From: Candidatus Calditenuaceae archaeon
GTDB taxonomy: Archaea > Thermoproteota > Nitrososphaeria_A > Caldarchaeales > Calditenuaceae
Length of the DNA stretch: 24,000 bases
Reading direction: 5' to 3'
NCBI GenBank assembly: GCA_025059595.1
Contig: JANXDI010000010.1
Coordinates: forward strand, 1,360-25,359
Of the stretch, positions 9,346 through 17,599 are shown one piece after another (the first letter of the stretch is position 1; the number at the start of each line of letters is the position of its first letter). The translations under genes were made by a program, and so were the position numbers. Under the pieces are notes generated by a model. It did no database searches and was not told the DNA's origin. It saw only the letters and a program-made list of their open reading frames with translations.

Positions 9346-10593
9346 TTGAGCAGGTCCGACAAAAGCATCCGCGGCTCCTGGGGCGACGAGCTCTCAGGTC
9401 GGCGGATAGCTCACTGCGTAACGGGAAGCGTCTCAATCTACCGGACGCCGGACCTCGCCAGGTCCTTCATCAGGCACGGCGGAGACGTCATTCCAGTTAT
9501 GACGTCAGATGCCGCCAAGTTGCTGAGCCCCCAGCTTCTCGAATGGGCCACAGGTAACCAACCGATAGTGGAGATTACGGGGCGCGTAGAGCATGTTGAG
9601 CTAACCGAGGGCGAGGGGAAGGTCGACTTAGTTCTCGTCGCGCCCGCCAGCGCCAACACGCTCGTAAAGATGAGCATCGGGGCATCAGACAACCCTGTAA
9701 CACTTGTATGCTCCGCCGCACTCGGAGCCGGAATCCCCGTCGTCGTCGCACCTGCCATGCACGCCTCGATGGCAGGAAACCCCGCGGTTAAAGACGCACT
9801 TAAGCGCCTCGAGGAGATGGGGGTCAGCGTAGTTGCTCCTCTATTTGAGGAGTCTAAGGCCAAGCTCGCCCCAGAGCAACACATCCTCGAGGAGGTCATT
9901 TACCGCCTAACTCCGAAGCCGCTCAAAGGAAAAAAGTTCGTCGTCTCCGCCGGCCCCACGCGCGAACACATCGACCAGGTCCGCTTCATCTCAAACCCGA
10001 GCAGCGGTCTAATGGGAATCGAGGTCGCGAGAAGCCTCAGGATGCTCGGAGGGCAAGTCACCTTAATCCTCGGCCCCACACACCTCACCCCGCCTCAGGG
10101 CGTCGAGACCATACGCGCCGTCTCAACTCAGGAGATGGAGAAAGCAGTCTTGAAGGCGGCGCAAGGCTCCGAGGCATTCTTCTCAGCGGCTGCGGTGGCA
10201 GACTACAAGCCAGTCAACACGATGGGGGAGAAAATTGCCACCTCCACACACCCGCGAATAACTCTAGAGCTAGAGGCCACGCCTAAGATTCTCGAATCAG
10301 TCAGAAGAAGTGTGTCTGAGATCGAGATAATCCCCTTCAAAGCCACTTACGGAGAAGAGAAGCCTGAGAAAATCTTAAACAGTTTGTCCTCTCTGAATCC
10401 ATTAATGATCGTGATTAACGACGTCTCGCGGAGCGACATAGGATTCGCCTCCCCATTCAACGAGGTAACAGTCATAGGCCGCTCCGGCAGGCTCCATCAC
10501 CTGCCGAAATCGAGGAAGTCCGCCATCGCCCGAAGAATTATCGAGCTTTACATGGAGGAGAAGGGAATAACCCGGGAGGCGCCCTATAGGTAA
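9346..10593 (+). CDS. coaBC: Bifunctional phosphopantothenoylcysteine decarboxylase/phosphopantothenate-cysteine ligase
   Basis: VTGSVSIYRTPDLARSFIRHG, VLVAPASANTLVKMSIGASDN, APAMHASM, and CoaB part KKFVVSAGPTREHIDQVRFISNPSSGLMG, AAVADYKP. Confidence 0.93.
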   Translation: MSRSDKSIRGSWGDELSGRRIAHCVTGSVSIYRTPDLARSFIRHGGDVIPVMTSDAAKLLSPQLLEWATGNQPIVEITGRVEHVELTEGEGKVDLVLVAPASANTLVKMSIGASDNPVTLVCSAALGAGIPVVVAPAMHASMAGNPAVKDALKRLEEMGVSVVAPLFEESKAKLAPEQHILEEVIYRLTPKPLKGKKFVVSAGPTREHIDQVRFISNPSSGLMGIEVARSLRMLGGQVTLILGPTHLTPPQGVETIRAVSTQEMEKAVLKAAQGSEAFFSAAAVADYKPVNTMGEKIATSTHPRITLELEATPKILESVRRSVSEIEIIPFKATYGEEKPEKILNSLSSLNPLMIVINDVSRSDIGFASPFNEVTVIGRSGRLHHLPKSRKSAIARRIIELYMEEKGITREAPYR

Positions 10594-10599
10594 ATATAA
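10590..10599 (+). promoter_or_regulatory. Putative TATA box for tRNA-Asn, overlapping the coaBC stop codon
   Basis: gtaaatataa about 25 nt upstream of tRNA position 1. Confidence 0.5.
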
Positions 10600-10620
10600 C
10601 GCTCCCCCCGAAACCCTCTT

Positions 10621-10722
10621 GGGCCCGTAGCTCAGTGGTAGAGCGCCCGGCTGTTAACCGGAAGGTCGTGAGGCTCCTCCCAAAGTGGAGGGCCCGACAG
10701 GGTTCGAATCCCACCGGGCCCG
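10621..10722 (+). tRNA. tRNA-Asn (anticodon GTT), interrupted by a 30-nt T-stem intron
   Basis: Acceptor GGGCCCG/CGGGCCC, D-arm GCTC-AGTGGTA-GAGC, anticodon loop CTGTTAA. After removing 10671-10700 the T-arm is GTGGG-TTCGAAT-CCCAC. Mature length 72 nt with discriminator G. Confidence 0.93.
10671..10700 (+). other. tRNA intron (30 nt), noncanonical position between T-stem nt 51 and 52
   Basis: BHB: GTCG (10665-10668) pairs with CGAC (10695-10698). Bulges TG^A and AG^G sit at the exon-intron junctions; inner stem GGC(t)CCTCC / GGAGGGCC. Confidence 0.88.
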
Positions 10723-10730
10723 CAATCCAA

Positions 10731-10740
10731 CTAAATATAT
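10731..10740 (+). promoter_or_regulatory. Putative TATA box for the downstream dehydrogenase gene
   Basis: ctaaatatat ~26-30 nt upstream of ATG 10766, implying a leaderless transcript. Confidence 0.5.
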
Positions 10741-10765
10741 CAAAAGCGACAATCTCAGAGTTAGT

Positions 10766-11707
10766 ATGCGAGAAATCGTCTACAGCACCGTGAAGCTTAA
10801 GCCTGAGCAGAGAAAGATGATTGAGGCTTACGCAGAGGTCTATGAGGCGGGAGAGCATGGGCCGGAACCTAAGCTGGAGAATGTGAACATCTTGATATGC
10901 GGTCCAGTTACAACCGTGGAGCTCAACGCCATGAAAAACCTCCGGTTCATTCAGTGCGTTTACGCTGGAGTCGATGCCCTGCCCTGGGGCAAAATACCGG
11001 CCAACGTCGTTGTGGCAAGCAACGCTGGCTCAAACGCCGACTCTGTCGCGGAGCACGCGTTTGCGTTATTACTAGCCGCGGCGAAGAGGATTCTCTTCTT
11101 TGACTCGAGGGTGAGAGATGGAGACTTTGAGATAGTTGGTGAGTCGAGAATGCTCCACGGGCGCAGACTCTGTGTGTTGGGGATGGGGGCCATCGGCTCA
11201 AGAATCGCTGAAATCGCTAAGGCCTTTAAGATGCATGTCGTGGGCTACGGGAGGTCTTTAAGAAGCGTTGCAGCGGTTGACGAATTCTACACCCAAGATA
11301 GTATTGACGCCGCGCTGAGGGGGAGCGACTACGCCGTCGTAGCGCTACCACTCACCAAGCACACTCAAGGCCTGATTAATTATGAAAGGCTGGGTCTCAT
11401 GAGGCGCGACGGCATTCTTGTCAACATCGGCAGAGCACCCATAATCGTCAAGAACGACCTAATCAGGTTTCTCAGAGAAAACCCCTCCTTCACCTACGCG
11501 ACGGACGTATGGTGGAACATCCAGAACCCATCTCAAGACTCAGATGTATACTCCCTCCCCAATGTAGTCTCCACACCTTGGGTTGCTGGGGCTGCGAGCT
11601 CGAGAGAGACTTACGAGGAGATGCTCCGACTTGCCGTTGAGAACGTCGTGCGATACTTGAGGGGTGAGAAGCCGCTAAACATCGTGAGACACGAGGACTA
11701 TAGGTAA
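10766..11707 (+). CDS. D-isomer-specific 2-hydroxyacid dehydrogenase family protein
   Basis: LCVLGMGAIGSRIAEIAKAFKMHVVGYGRS NAD-binding motif, LTKHTQGLINYERLGLMRRDGILVNIGRAPIIV, NVVSTPWVAG. Start trimmed to ATG 10766 because the longer ORF runs into the tRNA. Confidence 0.9.
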   Translation: MREIVYSTVKLKPEQRKMIEAYAEVYEAGEHGPEPKLENVNILICGPVTTVELNAMKNLRFIQCVYAGVDALPWGKIPANVVVASNAGSNADSVAEHAFALLLAAAKRILFFDSRVRDGDFEIVGESRMLHGRRLCVLGMGAIGSRIAEIAKAFKMHVVGYGRSLRSVAAVDEFYTQDSIDAALRGSDYAVVALPLTKHTQGLINYERLGLMRRDGILVNIGRAPIIVKNDLIRFLRENPSFTYATDVWWNIQNPSQDSDVYSLPNVVSTPWVAGAASSRETYEEMLRLAVENVVRYLRGEKPLNIVRHEDYR

Positions 11708-11721
11708 CATTCCAAGGGCCT

Positions 11722-12138
11722 TCAAGCCATTATCACTCCGAGCGAGGGATAGCGCGAAAGGAAGTTGAGGACAAGCGACTTATAGGTGAAGAAATCACCG
11801 CTGGACAGACGTTCTAAGCCCTTGATGCCTGTGAGCTTCGCAAAGGCCGCTGCGGCCTCGGCCCCTCGGATGATGTAGACATCCTGTATCTCGCCCCGAC
11901 TGAAAACTATCGGAAATATCGGGGCTTCAAGCAGCTCAGGGGGGAGAATCGAGGCCGCCTTCTCCAAATCCTCTCTCGAGAAATGGTGTATCCCGCCCCC
12001 TCGAGTCTCGACGAACGGTCTCAACTGGCTGAGAAGCTCCCTCACAGAGGCCCTCCTCGCAGGAGCCATATCCCGAAGGACGCGCAACTGTCTTGAGAGC
12101 CAAACATCCTCCTGATCTTCACGCCCGGCTCCAGCCAA
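11722..12138 (-). CDS. DUF61 family protein
   Basis: 138 aa; FSREDLEKAASILPPELLEAPIFPIVFSRGEIQDVYIIRGAEAAAAFAKLTG resembles archaeal DUF61 proteins. TTG start. Confidence 0.7.
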   Translation of the reverse strand: MAGAGREDQEDVWLSRQLRVLRDMAPARRASVRELLSQLRPFVETRGGGIHHFSREDLEKAASILPPELLEAPIFPIVFSRGEIQDVYIIRGAEAAAAFAKLTGIKGLERLSSGDFFTYKSLVLNFLSRYPSLGVIMA

Positions 12139-12162
12139 GCCTAACCATCTTAGCGATCCGTG

Positions 12163-12173
12163 AACGTATATAT
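12163..12173. promoter_or_regulatory. Shared AT-rich TATA-like element between divergent DUF61 and uS9 genes
   Basis: cgtatatatct; ~25-30 nt from both flanking start regions. Confidence 0.4.
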
Positions 12174-12206
12174 CTTGGGCCCCTGGGGATTGTTTCAGTC
12201 GGGAGA

Positions 12207-12605
12207 ATGGTTAAGGCCGAAACTGTGTTCACAGGTTTCAGGAAAGAGGCGAGGGCGCGGCTAAGACTAAAGCCCGGAACAGGTAGAGTATTTGTCAACG
12301 GTATATTGGCGGACCACATCCCCAACATACTTGCGAGAGAGAAGATTCTCGCACCTCTCAGACTTGACGAGAAGTTCGCAAAGAAGCACGATTTTCTCAT
12401 AAAGGTTGAAGGCGGTGGTGTCATGGGACAGGCTGAGGCCGCCTCGATGGCCATTTCGAGGGCCATGGCCGCCGCGAGTGCCGCTCTCAAGGAGAAGATT
12501 CTCTCGCTGGATAGACGCTTGATTGTTGGTGACCCCCGGAGGACAGAGCCGAAAAAACCAAACAGGAGGTCTGCGCGCCGATTTAAACAGAAGAGCTATC
12601 GCTAA
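12207..12605 (+). CDS. rps9: Small ribosomal subunit protein uS9 (S9P)
   Basis: MVKAETVFTGFRKEARARLRLKPGTGRVFVNG...KVEGGGVMGQAEAASMAISRAM...DRRLIVGDPRRTEPKKPNRRSARRFKQKSYR with the conserved C-terminal KSYR. Confidence 0.96.
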   Translation: MVKAETVFTGFRKEARARLRLKPGTGRVFVNGILADHIPNILAREKILAPLRLDEKFAKKHDFLIKVEGGGVMGQAEAASMAISRAMAAASAALKEKILSLDRRLIVGDPRRTEPKKPNRRSARRFKQKSYR

Positions 12606-12608
12606 CCA

Positions 12609-14120
12609 TTACTTAATCGGCGAGTAAAGTAGCTCGGCAGTTTCTCGCATCTTCTCGTCCAAGCCATTCGTCTGAATGATGTCCCGTAGGATGTAGTATG
12701 AGGGCCGGGCTCTTCTCTTCTTAGTCGACGGGTCATAAGTTATTACACCAAACCTCATCGCGAATCCGCGAGCCCACTCAAAATTGTCGATGTAACTCCA
12801 GTGAAGGTATCCTCGTACATCGGCCCCACCCTTAACAGCATCCTCTACCGCCGCGATGTGGGAGAAGAGGAACTGCGGCCTAATTCTGTCGAGTCTGTCG
12901 GCGGTTCCGTTCTCGGTTACCATCATCGGCTTCCCATATCTCTGCAGCATGAGCAGAACGTTCCTCAGCCCCTCCGGGTAAATCTCCCACCCGAACTCGG
13001 AGGTCGGCCTACCTGCAAGCGAGAACGAGGCGGGCTCGCACGCAAACCCGTACCCCGGTACACTAACCCACGGGAGAGGCAGGCCAGGTATCGTCGCCGC
13101 CTTAACCACGAGCCTTGAATAATAGTTCACGCCTATCCAGTCCATCTTATCCCTAAACTCGGGAATCCTCTCGGGAGGCTGCAGTCCTAACATGGACCTG
13201 TCGAGCTCGCCCTTCGTCAAGGTCTCGAAGTACCAGAGGTTAGAGAAGTAGTTCATCTTCTCAGCGGCCGCCTTGTCGGCCTCGCTCTCCTTGTTGAGGG
13301 GCTCGACCGCCGAGGTCGCATAAATTATGCCCACTTGGGAGTTTTTACCTAATACCTTCTTGAGCTCATCATATCCTCTAGCGTGTGCTGAAATCAGGTT
13401 CAGCCGCGCCTTAGACAACCCTTCTACGCTGAAGAAGCCCGGCGGGAAGGCGAACTGGGCTGCGTATTGGCCATACCCGATGTCTGAGACGACGAAGGGC
13501 TCGTTGAAGGTGCTCCACATGTCCACGATGTCCGCGAGCTTAGAGCCGACATAGTGCGCGTATTTCACAAACTCGATGACGTTAGATGTGTCCACCCAGC
13601 CTAGTGGCCCCTCGCGGAGGGCCGTCGCCCTAGCGCGGAGCGGGTCGTGAACCCAGATGGGTTGGGTGAAGTGGTTCAGGTTGATGATGACCTTGAACCC
13701 CCTATCCTTCATATCCTTAATCATTTCTCGATAATGGTTGAGAGCGGCCGTATTCGCCAAACTCTCCAGCTGCTTCTCACTCTCCGCTGGAATCTCAACG
13801 TCCTTCACAACCCCATTCTCTACTGTCGCCCTAACTTTCACTTCGCGAGTTGGTTTTGGGAAGATTCTGCTCCACTCAATTCCAATCCTCATCGTATTTG
13901 CTCCGAGCTCGGCGATTAGTTTGTGGTCCTGCTTATAGAGGTCCCAATATCCGGGACCATCCTCCGGCCTGTCTCCGCTCACAAGACGGTTCATGATGTT
14001 GAAAGGGTCCGTAACCCAGACATACCAGTCAGTCCCCCTGTCTATCGCCTCCTCACTAACACCCATCTCAAACTGAAAACCGGCCTCAGAGAATCCCCAA
14101 AGGAAATCACGCCGAAGCAT
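12609..14120 (-). CDS. Glycoside hydrolase family 1 beta-glycosidase (LacS-like beta-galactosidase/glucosidase)
   Basis: DFLWGFSEAGFQFEMG, WSRIFP, TFNEPFVVSDIGY (acid/base), VTENGTAD (nucleophile), GYLHWSYIDNFEWARGFAMRFGV. Confidence 0.94.
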   Translation of the reverse strand: MLRRDFLWGFSEAGFQFEMGVSEEAIDRGTDWYVWVTDPFNIMNRLVSGDRPEDGPGYWDLYKQDHKLIAELGANTMRIGIEWSRIFPKPTREVKVRATVENGVVKDVEIPAESEKQLESLANTAALNHYREMIKDMKDRGFKVIINLNHFTQPIWVHDPLRARATALREGPLGWVDTSNVIEFVKYAHYVGSKLADIVDMWSTFNEPFVVSDIGYGQYAAQFAFPPGFFSVEGLSKARLNLISAHARGYDELKKVLGKNSQVGIIYATSAVEPLNKESEADKAAAEKMNYFSNLWYFETLTKGELDRSMLGLQPPERIPEFRDKMDWIGVNYYSRLVVKAATIPGLPLPWVSVPGYGFACEPASFSLAGRPTSEFGWEIYPEGLRNVLLMLQRYGKPMMVTENGTADRLDRIRPQFLFSHIAAVEDAVKGGADVRGYLHWSYIDNFEWARGFAMRFGVITYDPSTKKRRARPSYYILRDIIQTNGLDEKMRETAELLYSPIK

Positions 14121-14250
14121 TTATGTCACCGCATAACGACTTACTGCTACGTGGCTTATTAATAAAACTTAAGGACTGAATTTATGGGGATGCATAAAGT
14201 CGCGTGGGTTTGTAAAAACTGTGTTGAATATGAGCTTAGGAACCAAAAGT

Positions 14251-14260
14251 TTATATATAA
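14251..14260 (+). promoter_or_regulatory. Putative TATA box for the ABC substrate-binding protein gene
   Basis: ttatatataa ~27 nt upstream of ATG 14282, implying leaderless transcription. Confidence 0.55.
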
Positions 14261-14281
14261 AAAATGCATAACATCTTCTGC

Positions 14282-16489
14282 ATGAACAAGAAAACATCCT
14301 TTATAGGATTCTCCGCGGCGTTCCTGCTAGTCGCTGCTCTTTTGTTGTCGGCCGTTCCGGTGAGCTACAGCCAGTTGCCGCTACCCGCAGGCGTCCCAAG
14401 GGGAGACGTCCTAGTAATTGAGAACCACTGGGGGACTTACGCCAACCCCAACAACTGGAACCCAATCGCTGCACCAGGAGTCGGCCCAGCATCCATCGCA
14501 CCGGGTGGAAGCGGATATCAGCAGGTCTGTAAAGCCTTCCTCTGGTACATCAACACATCAAACAGCATGCTTATACCATGGATTGCAGCCGAGCCGCCAA
14601 TCTACTCGCCCGACTTTACCAGCCTAATCGTAAAGATTAGAGATGGCGTATACTGGAACGACGGTAAACCACTGACCGCAGAAGATGTCGCTTTCACGTT
14701 GAAATACCTCAAGGAGGCTCCGGCTCCCATCGGCACGGCTGAGAAGGCCTCGGTCAAGGACGCTAGAGCTTTAGACAAGACGACCGTGCTGATTGAGCTT
14801 CTATCCCCCAACCCAAGGTGGCACTACTTCTACGCAGTAATAATCTATGGAGCCACTGGAATTCTACCTAAACATGTTTGGGAGGGGAAGGACCCGCAGA
14901 AGTTTGAGTTTAACCCGCCTCTTTGCGCTGGGCCGTATAACTTGAGGGCAGTCGACCCTGCGGGTAACTGGTTCCTCTGGGAGAGGTTCGACAACTGGTG
15001 GGGGTCTAAGGTGTTCGGCGTCGTCCCTGCTGCAAAATATGTCCTATACATAAACCACGGCCCTGACGAGGCCAAGGCTTTAGCTATGACTAAGCATGAG
15101 CTTGATGCTCTAAGAACCCTCCTTCCGGAGCAGGCAGAGCTCGTGATTAAGAACAACCCCTACCTGAGAGGCTGGAGGGCTACTGCGCCTTTCGCTTGGC
15201 CGCTAGACCCCTGTGTGAAGGGTATAGCATTCCAGACAAAGACACCGCCATTCGACAAGAGGGAGGTGAGGTGGGCCCTCGCCTACGCGATAGACTACAG
15301 GGTCATCTACAGGGCGTTCGTTGGTATTGACAAGTCCACACCAACACCAGCAGCCCTTCCTGTCATCCCACACGCAGCTGACATCGAGACCTACTACATT
15401 CCGTTACTAGACTATCTGAGGCAGTACGGCTATGACCCGAACTTAGTGTTAGACATAGCTAGGGAGAACAACGCTTGGTGGGTGGAGAAGTACCCTGTAC
15501 TCGGATTCTGGAAGCAGGACCTCGCTCGGGCGGAGCAGCTCCTTACGGGGCAAGGCTTCAGGAGGGGCGCTGACGGTAAGTGGCTACTGCCCGACGGGAC
15601 GCCCTGGACGATAGAGATTAAGACCACCTCTGGGTTCGAGATGGAGAGCCAGAGGATAGCGTTCCTGGTAGCTGACCAGTGGAGGGCCTTCGGGATAGAC
15701 GTTAAGGTAACACCGCTTGAGTCAGGGCCGTTCTCAACCTCCTACAGTATCGGTGACTTCCAGGTGGGAACATTCTGGCCAGGTTGCAGCCAGATATTAG
15801 ACCTCTACGCCAACTGGTTTAACAGGTGGCACTCCAAGTACTGGACACAGAAGAAGGGTGAGGGTGGTCACGGAACGGGATGGAACACGGCTGAAGCTCC
15901 GATAGCGGAGCTCAACCGTATTGTTGATGAGTTGGAGAGGACCGCGCCAGACACACAGAGGGCCTTCGAGCTTTACAGAGAGGCTCTGAAGATATGGGTG
16001 AGGGACCTCCCATGGCTAGGCTTCTTCCCCACACCCTTCTACACATTCCAAGACGGCTACGCATGGGACAACTGGCCAACACATCCGGAGAACTATTACA
16101 TGGACCCAGTCTCATGGTGGTCCCAGCACCTCTTCGTCATCCTGAAGGTGAAGCCGACCGGTAGAGCACCTACGAAGGACGCCATCATGGACCCGAAGCC
16201 ACTCCGCGTAGCCAACACACCCATAGTCAAAGTCGCGACAGCCGCTGAGTGGGACGCCCTCATCGGTGTTAAACCGCCTGCAGTTGGAGTGACGACCGTC
16301 ACACTCAGAGAGACTGTCACACAGCGCGTCACCGAGCTCAGGACGCAGGTGGTCACGCAGGTCCAGACACAGACTGTGACAGCGCTTGATGTTGGGCTTC
16401 TTGCAGGAGTCGCTGCTGCTGTGGGAGTTATACTGCTGGCGGTAGGCATAGCTGTGGGAAGGATGCTGGGTAGGAGAAGACCGGCTTAG
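14282..16489 (+). CDS. ABC transporter substrate-binding protein, family 5 (peptide/oligosaccharide type), C-terminally membrane anchored
   Basis: Signal peptide MNKKTSFIGFSAAFLLVAALLLSAVPVSYSQ; TSLIVKIRDGVYWNDGKPLTAEDVAFTLKYL; Thr-rich stalk TVTLRETVTQRVTELRTQVVTQVQTQTVTA then a TM helix and RRR. Confidence 0.92.
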   Translation: MNKKTSFIGFSAAFLLVAALLLSAVPVSYSQLPLPAGVPRGDVLVIENHWGTYANPNNWNPIAAPGVGPASIAPGGSGYQQVCKAFLWYINTSNSMLIPWIAAEPPIYSPDFTSLIVKIRDGVYWNDGKPLTAEDVAFTLKYLKEAPAPIGTAEKASVKDARALDKTTVLIELLSPNPRWHYFYAVIIYGATGILPKHVWEGKDPQKFEFNPPLCAGPYNLRAVDPAGNWFLWERFDNWWGSKVFGVVPAAKYVLYINHGPDEAKALAMTKHELDALRTLLPEQAELVIKNNPYLRGWRATAPFAWPLDPCVKGIAFQTKTPPFDKREVRWALAYAIDYRVIYRAFVGIDKSTPTPAALPVIPHAADIETYYIPLLDYLRQYGYDPNLVLDIARENNAWWVEKYPVLGFWKQDLARAEQLLTGQGFRRGADGKWLLPDGTPWTIEIKTTSGFEMESQRIAFLVADQWRAFGIDVKVTPLESGPFSTSYSIGDFQVGTFWPGCSQILDLYANWFNRWHSKYWTQKKGEGGHGTGWNTAEAPIAELNRIVDELERTAPDTQRAFELYREALKIWVRDLPWLGFFPTPFYTFQDGYAWDNWPTHPENYYMDPVSWWSQHLFVILKVKPTGRAPTKDAIMDPKPLRVANTPIVKVATAAEWDALIGVKPPAVGVTTVTLRETVTQRVTELRTQVVTQVQTQTVTALDVGLLAGVAAAVGVILLAVGIAVGRMLGRRRPA

Positions 16490-16507
16490 TAAGTTACAAC
16501 CAAGTTA

Positions 16508-16531
16508 AAATTTTTATTTGTTTTTGTTTAG
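16508..16531 (+). terminator. T-rich tract, candidate (partial) archaeal terminator between SBP and permease genes
   Basis: aaatttttatttttgtttttgttt 19 nt after the SBP stop codon. Confidence 0.45.
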
Positions 16532-16544
16532 CTAGGGCACACAT

Positions 16545-16553
16545 ATATATTCG
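16545..16553 (+). promoter_or_regulatory. Putative TATA box for permease/ATPase genes
   Basis: atatatatt ~30-35 nt upstream of TTG 16583 and downstream of the T-tract. Confidence 0.4.
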
Positions 16554-16582
16554 AGAGATAATTCTTAAATCTTGAGTAAAGT

Positions 16583-17590
16583 TTGAGTAAAGTGCTGCTC
16601 TTTATCGCTACGAGGGTAATCGCATTTATCCTAACTGTAGTCATTGGCGTCACGGTAGTCTTCGTGATACCGAGGCTCCTTCCATACAATCCGGTTGAGA
16701 CTCAGATAGGCTTCATCTACTCCATTGGCCAGTTCTATGACCCGACGGCTATTGAGATGCTTAGGCAGACCCTCTACGAGCTCTACGGATTGAAGGGGAA
16801 CCCTGTGGAGCAGTATTTTGGCGTCTGGCGCAGGATGTTAACGCTCGACCTAGGGCCATCGATAATGAACTTCCCCACACCTGTTGCGACGCTTATTGGA
16901 ATCGCGTTACCATGGACGCTCGGCCTACTTTCCTTCGCGACACTATTCTCATGGGCGGTCGGCAATCTCATAGGGACAATATCGGGCTTCTTCAGCCACA
17001 AGAAGTTCTCCAAAGCGTTGACAGGTGTGGCTGTCGTCCTTTATCCTGTCCCCTACTTCATCCTTGCCCTAGTCTTAATGTTTACTTTCGCCTACCTTAT
17101 CCCCATCTTTCCTTTGGGGGGCGGAGTGACTCTCGTAGGCATGGGATTTAGCCTTGACCTCGTCTTGAACTTGGCGAAACACGCCGCGCTCCCCGCAATA
17201 TCCATCATAATCCCGGGGGCCTTTGGGTGGTGGTTCCTATCCTCCTTCACCCTGACCAGCCAGAAGAAGACCGAGGACTTTGTCCGCTACGCGGAGCTCA
17301 AGGGGCTTCCCAACACGCTCATCCTCAGACGCTACCTCATCAGAAACATACTTATGCCTCAGACCACGGCACTCGGTCTCGCCCTCGGAGGAATCTTCAG
17401 CGGCGCACTACTGACGGAGGTCGTCTATGCCTACCCGGGCCTCGGCAAACTGCTTTACGCTGCCATAATCAACAACGACTACAACATGATTATGGGGATC
17501 TCGCTCCTCTCCATCTTGGGTGTCTCGCTCGCGACGCTGCTCCTAGACATGATTTATCCACTAATAGACCCGACCGTGCGATATAGGTGA
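16583..17590 (+). CDS. ABC transporter permease, DppB/OppB type
   Basis: N-terminal TM + VVFVIPRLLPYNPVE, GLKGNPVEQYFGVWRRMLTLDLGPSI, ALPWTLGLL, GLGKLLYAAI; RNILMPQTTALGLALGGIFSGALLTEVVYAYPG. Confidence 0.92.
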   Translation: MSKVLLFIATRVIAFILTVVIGVTVVFVIPRLLPYNPVETQIGFIYSIGQFYDPTAIEMLRQTLYELYGLKGNPVEQYFGVWRRMLTLDLGPSIMNFPTPVATLIGIALPWTLGLLSFATLFSWAVGNLIGTISGFFSHKKFSKALTGVAVVLYPVPYFILALVLMFTFAYLIPIFPLGGGVTLVGMGFSLDLVLNLAKHAALPAISIIIPGAFGWWFLSSFTLTSQKKTEDFVRYAELKGLPNTLILRRYLIRNILMPQTTALGLALGGIFSGALLTEVVYAYPGLGKLLYAAIINNDYNMIMGISLLSILGVSLATLLLDMIYPLIDPTVRYR

Positions 17591-17599
17591 GAACAGGCC

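Noticed and set aside
10685-10765. N-terminal extension of the dehydrogenase ORF beginning at 10685
   Set aside because: It overlaps the tRNA; ATG 10766 after a TATA-like element matches the family N-terminus better.
12093-12206. Extended N-terminus of the uS9 ORF from 12093
   Set aside because: The extension precedes the likely promoter and overlaps the divergent DUF61 start; archaeal uS9 begins near MVKAETVFTG.
16572-16592. Tandem ttgagtaaag copies as a regulatory repeat
   Set aside because: Only two short copies overlapping the permease start; too little to claim a repeat system on its own, so noted only in the promoter finding.
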